From Candidatus Bruticola sp. (GTDB lineage: Bacteria > Vulcanimicrobiota > Xenobia > Xenobiales > Xenobiaceae): 64,000 nt of DNA. The stretch spans positions 64,001 to 128,000 of the forward strand of contig JBJEGD010000002.1 of assembly GCA_051874735.1 (NCBI GenBank), written 5' to 3'. Below the pieces are notes generated by a model. That model was not told where the DNA came from. It made no database searches and worked only from the letters and a program-made list of their open reading frames with translations. A program made the translations under genes and the position numbers. The stretch's first letter is position 1; every line of letters begins with the position of its first letter. Below, one piece after another: positions 56,558-64,000 of the stretch.

Positions 56558-57772
56558 TTAAGATCTGCTCGAAGACGAATACTTCAGTTCCGCATACCGT
56601 TCAATGCGTTCAATAAACTGCTCGGCTAAATTACTGCCATCTAGGGTGGCCTCATGGCGCCCATCTACAAAAAGCAGAGCGCGCGGAGCCTCTCCCCGTC
56701 CCGGCAAGGACAAACCGATATCGGCATCTAGTCCTTCACCAGGTCCATTGACGATACATCCCATTACAGCAACTTTTAAATTGCTGAAGCCTTTGTAGCC
56801 TTTGGCTTTCCAAGCCGGAACACGCTCACGAAGATAACGGCCAACCTCTAAAGCGATGCTTTGAAAAAGTTGGCTCGAAGTACGACCACAGCCGGGACAA
56901 GAAATAACTTGAGGTAAGAACTGGCGCAGGCCTAAACTTTGCAAAATTTCCTGAGCGGCATAAACTTCTTGGGTGCGGCTTTCACCGGGCCTGGGAGTAA
57001 GAGAAACGCGTATAGTGCTGCCGATGCCCTCGTGCAACAGAATTCCCAAAGCAACAGCTGAACTAATAGCTCCTTTAAGCCCAGCTCCAGCTTCAGTTAA
57101 ACCTAAATGGAGCGCATAAGGACAACGCTGATTAAGTTCATGATATACAGAAATAAGATCGGGAACGTTGGAAATTTTAGCAGACAGAACTAAATGGTCT
57201 GGGGCTATACCGTACTTTTCTGCTAATTTAGCAGAACTTATGGCACTTTCAGCCATAGTGTGCAGGAAAATTTCTTTGTCACTGCGAGGAGAAGCTGAAT
57301 TTTTATTCTTCTCCATAAATTTGGCCAGCAGCTCTTTATCGATGGAGCCAGCATTAACGCCAATACGGGCAACTTTACCAGACTTGGCTATAAGCTCAGC
57401 CATAGTTTTAAAGTTATCGTCATGATGCTGACCAGCTCCCACGTTGCCTGGATTGATGCGCAGCTTGTCCAGGGCCTGCAGACACTCTGGATAACGACTC
57501 AGGAGCAAATGACCGTTATAGTGAAAATCACCCACTAAAGGAACATCACATCCGGCCTGACGCACTTTATCTCTAATGTAGGGTACGGCCTTGGCGTCAT
57601 CGTCGTCTTTTACAGTAAAACGAACTAATTCTGAACCGGCTCTGGCCAATTCTAAAACTTGAGCGGCGGTCTCATCAATATCGGCAGTGCAAGTATTAGC
57701 CATACTCTGCACCGCCACAGGGGCTCCCTTACCTATACAAATATTGCCTATCCGAACAGTATATGCAATCAT
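56558..57772 (-). CDS. ispG: (E)-4-hydroxy-3-methylbut-2-enyl diphosphate synthase (MEP pathway)
   Basis: VQSM, PLVGDFHY, RINPGN, RIGVNAGS, LHLGLTEAG, TIRVSL, SCPGCGR, VAVMGCIVNGPGE. Confidence 0.97.
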   Translation of the reverse strand: MIAYTVRIGNICIGKGAPVAVQSMANTCTADIDETAAQVLELARAGSELVRFTVKDDDDAKAVPYIRDKVRQAGCDVPLVGDFHYNGHLLLSRYPECLQALDKLRINPGNVGAGQHHDDNFKTMAELIAKSGKVARIGVNAGSIDKELLAKFMEKNKNSASPRSDKEIFLHTMAESAISSAKLAEKYGIAPDHLVLSAKISNVPDLISVYHELNQRCPYALHLGLTEAGAGLKGAISSAVALGILLHEGIGSTIRVSLTPRPGESRTQEVYAAQEILQSLGLRQFLPQVISCPGCGRTSSQLFQSIALEVGRYLRERVPAWKAKGYKGFSNLKVAVMGCIVNGPGEGLDADIGLSLPGRGEAPRALLFVDGRHEATLDGSNLAEQFIERIERYAELKYSSSSRS

Positions 57773-58144
57773 TATTAATTACCAGTTAAACACATCGGTT
57801 ATTTTTGACGCATTATGAGTCCCCAAGCCGTAACGCTTGCCTATTCCAACAAAGATACTATCCGGGGGAGACGACGAACGCCATCTGAAAACCGCCGCCT
57901 TAAAACAGCACTCCACAAAAGATTTGCCAACTCATTCAAAAGCTGCCGCTTTCCGCCCAAATGCACTTCTGCGCCCACTTTGCCGAAACTGACTGGAACT
58001 ACACAACGCCTTCAAAATGCACTTAACATTCTGTAATAAAGAAGGCCTCTCCTGCCCTTAGAATGGCTTAAACTTGTCCCTTTAGCCGCTGCTTTATACC
58101 TATATAATTGCCGCTACCCTGGCAAATATGCTAACCTGCTTCAC

Positions 58145-60139
58145 ATGCACAGTAAACTAGATAAAGTTAAAATCTTAACAATAAGCCTAACTTTATGGAC
58201 TTTAGTTTGGCTTATCGGTAGCTTAAGTTGGAATGCAGCATCTTCTCCTTACTGTTTTGGAGAGTCCAGCGTTCTTAAGCTTTACGCTTATACAGCCTAT
58301 ATACAGGGACACTGCCAAGAGCTGATGCACGCTCCAGCGCTTTTTACTCTATCCCGACCTTTTATCGCTATATTTGGCTGTACTAATTTAACTTTTTCCT
58401 TGATTCAAGGCTCTATTTTTGTAATATGCGCCTTATTAACAGCCCATCTAGCCTCAAAGCTATACGGCTATAAAACAGGTTTGCTGAGCTTTATGCTGTT
58501 GACCTGCAGTTTAAGTACAGCCAAAGGTTTAAGAACTTTTCTCTTAGATTATCCCTCCGCTGTACCTCTACTGTTAATGTATTTATGTTACCTAAACAGT
58601 GATGGCTTCAAGAAATTGCTTCCTTGTCTGGGGCTGAGTGCTTCGATATGGCTGGGAGCTCAAACGAAGTACAGTTTCCTTCCCGTCTGGGCGGGTCCTC
58701 TCAGCGCCGCTCTGCTTATACCGCATTTACACCGAGCAATTCAGGCAACCAGACGATTGGGAGTCCAATTATCACCAGTAAATAAAAAGAATTTACGGCT
58801 GTTGTTCTCCAGCGTAGTTGATTTAACAGCTCTGGTTCTATTTACCTGCAGTGCCAAAGATTATGCCCCCCATCTGCAGCCCTCTTCTTCCTGGCCTTGG
58901 CTCCTGCAGTTAGAAGTCGCCCTAATTATTCTCTCTTCTATATTCAGTTTATATCAGTTGGAATTAATCAAGCAGGATCTTCATCCAGCCTGGCAGCGCT
59001 TGAATCGAGGTTTAGCTTCCTGTACTTTGGGGGCAGGTCTGAGCGCTTGGAGTTACCTTCCCCATCTGCAGGCTATTTGGGGTCACACTGAGGCTAACTA
59101 CCATGCTATTGCTAGTCCAACATTTTTTCTTGTCAACATGCCTTCAGCCTGGATTAGCTACTTAAGTTCAGTTTGTCAAGAAAGTCTGGCTCCTCTGCCT
59201 TGGTTTTTATTAGCTGCGGTTGGGTTATGTCTAGTTTGTCTACACCGCAAACTACGAAGGCGCAGCCTGCCTTTTATAGTAGGTTTAATATTTGTATCTG
59301 TATGGCTTCAAACGTTACCTTGGGATCACGCTTATCAGCGTTTCTTTATTCCGCTGCTGCCTTGGTGGGCTATGTTAGCCGCTCATGCCCTACAATGCCT
59401 ATTGCGAATTAAACTTGGACGCTATTTAGCAGCGGCTATCGTTTTTTACTTATGGTTACACGCTGCCTGTATCTGCTGGGCTTGGGCCTGTCCGTCAATC
59501 TCAAACTATTTGGCTAAACTGGATAGCAGCTATTTTTTAAGCGAAGGTCTGAGCCTAAACCTTCCCCAAGCCAAACGAACCGGCTTAGATAATTTCCAAG
59601 AAAGCTTTCATCCACTGCAGCCGCCGGGGCGAGAGCACCGTCTCACAAACTGCGGTATGTACAATATGAAGTTATCCGCTCTGCCAGTACTGCGGCAAAC
59701 TTGGTTTGATAATTTGACAGCCCTATGCCGTGAATTAGCAGCCGATGGCGTCAGCACCCAAAAGCCCTGGTATTTAGCCGTCATTGCTGAATTTGAAGGC
59801 CGGGAACTAAAAGGAGAAAGTCCAGCCATGGAACTGTTCCTCTGGTGCGCCCAGCAAGGATTTAATAAAGAGCAGCTACATATTACGGGAATAAACAACC
59901 CGCAGGCTTATGCTAAGGCTGCGGGTCCACCAGAGGCCAAATCGTTAACCGTTTTAATTACTAATACAGGATCAGCCAGTCAGCGGCTACAGCAAGATTT
60001 ATATCCGGCTCTCAGCCCCAATCGGCTTATTAAACAAACTAAAGATCAAGACAGCGGTTTGACGATTATGTACTTTGCTTCTTGTAGCAACCAAGAGCAA
60101 GTTAAATTCATAATTTTAAACCGCTTACGCCTATTTTAA
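58145..60139 (+). CDS. Polytopic membrane glycosyltransferase, GT-C fold (ArnT/PMT, GT39/83-like)
   Basis: HAPALF, FLLDYP, QTKYSF, QRFFIPLLP; more than 10 hydrophobic segments. Confidence 0.65.
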   Translation: MHSKLDKVKILTISLTLWTLVWLIGSLSWNAASSPYCFGESSVLKLYAYTAYIQGHCQELMHAPALFTLSRPFIAIFGCTNLTFSLIQGSIFVICALLTAHLASKLYGYKTGLLSFMLLTCSLSTAKGLRTFLLDYPSAVPLLLMYLCYLNSDGFKKLLPCLGLSASIWLGAQTKYSFLPVWAGPLSAALLIPHLHRAIQATRRLGVQLSPVNKKNLRLLFSSVVDLTALVLFTCSAKDYAPHLQPSSSWPWLLQLEVALIILSSIFSLYQLELIKQDLHPAWQRLNRGLASCTLGAGLSAWSYLPHLQAIWGHTEANYHAIASPTFFLVNMPSAWISYLSSVCQESLAPLPWFLLAAVGLCLVCLHRKLRRRSLPFIVGLIFVSVWLQTLPWDHAYQRFFIPLLPWWAMLAAHALQCLLRIKLGRYLAAAIVFYLWLHAACICWAWACPSISNYLAKLDSSYFLSEGLSLNLPQAKRTGLDNFQESFHPLQPPGREHRLTNCGMYNMKLSALPVLRQTWFDNLTALCRELAADGVSTQKPWYLAVIAEFEGRELKGESPAMELFLWCAQQGFNKEQLHITGINNPQAYAKAAGPPEAKSLTVLITNTGSASQRLQQDLYPALSPNRLIKQTKDQDSGLTIMYFASCSNQEQVKFIILNRLRLF

Positions 60140-60158
60140 CCAGTGCTGCTGCCTAACT

Positions 60159-61013
60159 TTAATTGTCGTTTAGTCCATAACCAATCGTCAACAATTTCCG
60201 CTTATAAAGACTCTCTATTTTAATAACTTCATAATTGGTAACCGTTTTAGGCAAGATCTGTAAAACGGAGAATTGAAAATGGTGGTAGCGATCGGAGTAT
60301 TTATCAAGCAACTCCATCATTAGCTTATTATTGCCGTGCAAGGAAATTACATAGTCGGTCCAACGTCCAAGTAGACCATTCTGACCATACGCCGATCTGA
60401 CATATTGCTTACCAATTACACGATCGACAATTAAATAAACAGTATTGATTGAAGAAAGCGCCGTATGCCACGAATCGTAAACCGCTTCATTCTTGACAAT
60501 TTCTTTTAACCCGTCATAAGTAAGAATCAAATTTTCAAAGTCGGAAAAGACTTTCTTGGCATTCGCCTGAATAGATACAATCGGTTTCGAATTAGTTGCT
60601 AAATGATCAAACTTGGCAGTATCTCCTCCCCAATCAATGACCAATTAGTCTTCATATTCATTTAAATACTCGGTTTTCCCTAACTTATAATTCCAGTTCT
60701 TATCTATTATCTTATCACGATTAGGGAAACCCAGCGGCAAAATATCTGTAGTAGCTTTATCTATTGGCTCTGGCGTATTTGCTTTATAGCAAGCAAAAAA
60801 TCGGGCCAGATTTCCTCCATCGCCTATAAATGCACACCAGTATTTCGTATTAAGATGGAAATTTTCTTTTCGCAAACAAGTATATTCGAGCACCTTGCCA
60901 GCTTAGTAACAAGCTCTGAAATACTTATCTGATAAAGAATGACGGATCAGCAACACTTCTTGAGGATTCAAACCAACTTTTTGGAGAATATCTTTAAACT
61001 CTAACACTGCCAT
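60159..61013 (-). pseudogene. GIY-YIG nuclease family gene interrupted by two in-frame TAA stops
   Basis: One reading frame from ATG 61013 (MAVLEFKDIL...LLIRH), TAA at 60905-60903, TAA at 60647-60645, then LVIDWG...VYLIVD...GKQYVRSAYG...GLLGRW...FQFSVL...ESLYKRKL...GLNDN. Confidence 0.85.
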
Positions 61014-61389
61014 TATTTTGCTTCCCTTCAACTGTGATTGACTAAAAAATTATGATCGAATTGCCACAATTTACTTATCTTCAGGTGCTGGTTGATGCCA
61101 ATTACTGGCGGTGTCTGCCCAGCCAATCGCTAACCGTTATTAACACTCTTTTACAAGCTTAATAACTTCTAAATAAATCTTTTACTATTGACCTAAGACA
61201 ATTTTATCTCTGGCAAATGGGATATAACACAGTGCAAAATTCAAAATAAATGTTTTTACCTATATAAAAAGCATAATATTTATAAAATAAGGTATTAATA
61301 TTCAACTTGTACCATAAAAAACCATTAAAATTTTGAAATATAAAATTCTATTTAATACCTTAATATTGCGGAACTTTATAGAAAAGCGC

Positions 61390-61419
61390 AAAAAAAATGC
61401 CTGCCGAGATAGGCAGGCA
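61390..61419 (-). terminator. Rho-independent terminator of the large helical-repeat gene
   Basis: TGCCTGCC stem with a 6-nt loop and a U8 tract on the minus strand. Confidence 0.8.
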
Positions 61420-61445
61420 AAAGACACGCTGTTTGGCCGACAATT

Positions 61446-64000
61446 TTAGGAGTGTTGCTCTCTAATAGCTAAGAAAACCTCCAGATCTTCCTGAAGATCG
61501 CTACTAAGTACACTCCGTTTAGCCAAATTTTCCAATAAAAATAGAGCCGACTTATTTTCGGGAGGAGAGTTACGGGCCACTTCAATTAAAGTGTTTAAAA
61601 TAGCACGATCTATTTCTACAGATAAACCGCCAAAAACCATTTTTGCGCCTTTGCTCAATTCTAACACACTAATTAAGAACTTTTGAGCGCTCTCACTCTG
61701 AGTCAGATCGAAACCATCTAGGCGTTTTTTAAAATCGCTTATTAAGCGCAAAGCTGAACGTTTGGCCATATTGAGAGTAAAATTCGAAAGATCGCGCCGC
61801 AGCAGCTCGCTCAAAGCTCCCCAAATCGGATTACTTCTGTAAGCATAGAGATTTATACCCCGCTCTGCACCATCAAACCAATCTTCTAAAAATGAGAACA
61901 GACGGAAAACAAGCATCTGGTGCAAACGTTCTCCAGCCTGAGGATGGCAAGCTGCTGCTCCGATTATGCGCAGAGCCAGCATTCTATCAGCATGATCCCA
62001 GGCTTGAGGATTTTGTACTCCGTCGCCTTCTGCTTCACTGCTGAGCATCCGTTTCATTAAATCGTTTAGGCTCGGCTCCTCGCCTTTCTTCAGAACGGTA
62101 CGGCACAACATGGCCACAAAAGCTTCCGGATCGGCCAACATCGGGCCGTATTGAAGCATATCGGCAAACCCTTGCAAACAACAATGGAGCAAGCTTCGAT
62201 CAGGTTCAGCCGCACTAAGAACTTCTGAAAAGATGCGCTCAATTTTTAAACGAACTTCAGTTGTAGAGGCTCTGTAAATACTGAAAAGAGCTTCCACTTT
62301 TGGTTGAGGATTATCAGCTAATTTTTCGCTAATTCTCTGTACCACTATAATTCGCAACTCATCGCTAATCAGAGGAGTCGATCCCAAAAATCCTAGGCTC
62401 TGCCAAACGGCGGAAATGACCTGGAGTTTTTTACTTTCAGCTATCTTTTCGGCGTCTTTTAAACTTGGGAAATCGATAGTTTGGCGTACCATTTCCTCTA
62501 TTTCCGCGCGGTAGGCTTCATTTTGCATATCCTGGCAATGGAGCAGCTGAGCAAAAACACCAGCTTTAAGCGCTTCCCCACCCGACTCCAAAGCAGCATC
62601 TTCACTTACAGCTTTAAAACTGAATTCCAAAGCCGCTTGACCGCACGAAGCTAAGAGAGAGAGTACCGATAAATTGTCAGGTTCATCTAAATTACAGGCC
62701 TCATTAAAAAGGAAAGAGTAAGCAAAGCGCCATTTAGAATCGAGATGCTGCAACGCTTCTCTCACTTTAGGCAGATCAAGCTGATGAGTACGCACTAGAG
62801 CCAAAACTGAAGCCCGATCTTGAGCGAGCAAACGGTTCATAACAAAATCAGCAAAAACTTTTTCCATATGGTCAGAGCTTAAAGCTTCACCTCGAGCACA
62901 AGCTCCGGCCCATTTGTGAAATTCGGAGAGGAGCAGCTGCATTTCTTCTTCATGATGGTCATCAGTATGATGACAACCACACTCATAACATTCTGCCTCG
63001 GTATGCTCATGTTCGGAGCAGTGTTCTGCTTCATTCTGAATCTGACGGAAATCGCTCCACAGGTTTACCACAAATATGCGCCTACTCTCATCAAGCTCAG
63101 CTAAAATATTTGGCCTGCTTATAGCTTCTAGAATAGCCGACCCTAAATTTTTAAAAGTGGCCCGCAGGCGCCTGCTCAAGCCAGCTTCCTGACCGTGTTC
63201 CAAGAATAGCTGCAGCAAACGCTCAGTCAAATATTGATAGGCCTCATCGTCTTTAGGCAGACGAGATAGAATATTACCGAAAAAGGCTACACTGCCGGGC
63301 ATATTGGTATTTTTCAAACGGCGCAGCAGATAATCACCTAAATTAGGGAAGTGCGGAGCTAAATCAAACACAAAAGCAGAAAGGGCAAAGCGCTCTGCAA
63401 GTTCAAAACTATCTAACTGATCTAAAAGGGTATCGAGAAATGATGTCAATTCAGAGAACTCCGCTTGCTGTTCTTCAGCTTGACTGTGCGCGGCGCATTT
63501 AGCTATAAGCGGTGCCAGATGGGGCAAACTAGGCAGTAACTGAGTCCTGAAATCTTTTTCCTTTACCAAAGGAAGCAGAGCTGACAATAAAATTGTACCT
63601 AAAATGTTGTGAAATTTTTCCTGCTCTGGTTGATCAAAATAAAATAGGGCGTCTTTAAACTTTTTTAAATCGAGACTGAGCATACTCAAAAGAGCCCGGC
63701 CCAAATCGCGGTTCAAATTATCCCTAACCTGCTTAGCAGCTTCGCGCGAAAGCTCAGCCTTGCCTCTTTTGAAAGCGGTAATCAATAGTGGGGCAGGATC
63801 TTGATTACAAGCTAACGAGGCTCTAAATAAATAACGGAAGGCTTCTATTAAATCGACAGTTTTTTCACTATCTAACAAAGTGAGCGAAGCGGCTTCCAAA
63901 CGGCTTCGTTCCCAAAGTACACCTTTTATAGCTGCAACATTAGCTTCTCCCAGTACCTTCGGAGCCACAGTACCAACAGAAACTAGGGCTTGGGCTTCGC
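61446..64000 (-). CDS. Large alpha-helical (HEAT/ARM-like) hypothetical protein, 5' end beyond the window
   Basis: Frame stays open from 63968 to the window edge; more than 840 aa, Leu/Ala-rich helical repeats. Confidence 0.75.
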   Translation of the reverse strand, partial: EAQALVSVGTVAPKVLGEANVAAIKGVLWERSRLEAASLTLLDSEKTVDLIEAFRYLFRASLACNQDPAPLLITAFKRGKAELSREAAKQVRDNLNRDLGRALLSMLSLDLKKFKDALFYFDQPEQEKFHNILGTILLSALLPLVKEKDFRTQLLPSLPHLAPLIAKCAAHSQAEEQQAEFSELTSFLDTLLDQLDSFELAERFALSAFVFDLAPHFPNLGDYLLRRLKNTNMPGSVAFFGNILSRLPKDDEAYQYLTERLLQLFLEHGQEAGLSRRLRATFKNLGSAILEAISRPNILAELDESRRIFVVNLWSDFRQIQNEAEHCSEHEHTEAECYECGCHHTDDHHEEEMQLLLSEFHKWAGACARGEALSSDHMEKVFADFVMNRLLAQDRASVLALVRTHQLDLPKVREALQHLDSKWRFAYSFLFNEACNLDEPDNLSVLSLLASCGQAALEFSFKAVSEDAALESGGEALKAGVFAQLLHCQDMQNEAYRAEIEEMVRQTIDFPSLKDAEKIAESKKLQVISAVWQSLGFLGSTPLISDELRIIVVQRISEKLADNPQPKVEALFSIYRASTTEVRLKIERIFSEVLSAAEPDRSLLHCCLQGFADMLQYGPMLADPEAFVAMLCRTVLKKGEEPSLNDLMKRMLSSEAEGDGVQNPQAWDHADRMLALRIIGAAACHPQAGERLHQMLVFRLFSFLEDWFDGAERGINLYAYRSNPIWGALSELLRRDLSNFTLNMAKRSALRLISDFKKRLDGFDLTQSESAQKFLISVLELSKGAKMVFGGLSVEIDRAILNTLIEVARNSPPENKSALFLLENLAKRSVLSSDLQEDLEVFLAIREQHS

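Noticed and set aside
57773-58144. Cobalamin riboswitch or small gene (57815-58036) upstream of the ispG-cob genes
   Set aside because: No B12-box or GGGAA/GCCACTG elements on the minus strand; the 73-aa ORF has no RBS or recognisable features.
61288-61362. 11-bp inverted repeat TAAGGTATTAA/TTAATACCTTA, possible MITE end
   Set aside because: Short, within extremely AT-rich DNA, with no target-site duplication or second copy visible.

Overview
A gene-dense bacterial chromosome segment (roughly 43-46% GC by eye) containing about 45 CDS. I saw no rRNA, tRNA, CRISPR array, integrase or transposase. Housekeeping and metabolic genes include slyD, htrA, coaD, a eukaryote-type UDP-glucose pyrophosphorylase, a long-chain acyl-CoA ligase, groES-groEL, an M32 carboxypeptidase, polB, nadE, squalene-hopene cyclase, pepT, malQ, a selenium-dependent-type xanthine dehydrogenase, a THUMP RNA methyltransferase, ispG followed by a DsrEFH/TusDCB-like triad, and a cobamide-remodelling block (cobT-cbiR-cobU-cobS). 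The gene mix and a recognisable pilin-like motif suggest a host-associated anaerobe of Eremiobacterota/Vulcanimicrobiota type; this is an inference. The most striking pattern is several full-length genes whose catalytic residues are replaced: a membrane-anchored JAB/MPN-LysM protein abutting an NlpC/P60 amidase, a PolB with a dead proofreading domain, a NadE with a dead glutaminase, a transglutaminase-like protein lacking its Cys, and a Ser/Thr kinase fused to a dead class III cyclase domain just upstream of shc. Also notable are a 1215-aa FecR-like membrane protein carrying a recently expanded 165/330-bp tandem repeat, and an AT-rich GIY-YIG pseudogene with two in-frame TAA codons. All motif alignments were done by eye from recalled family consensus.
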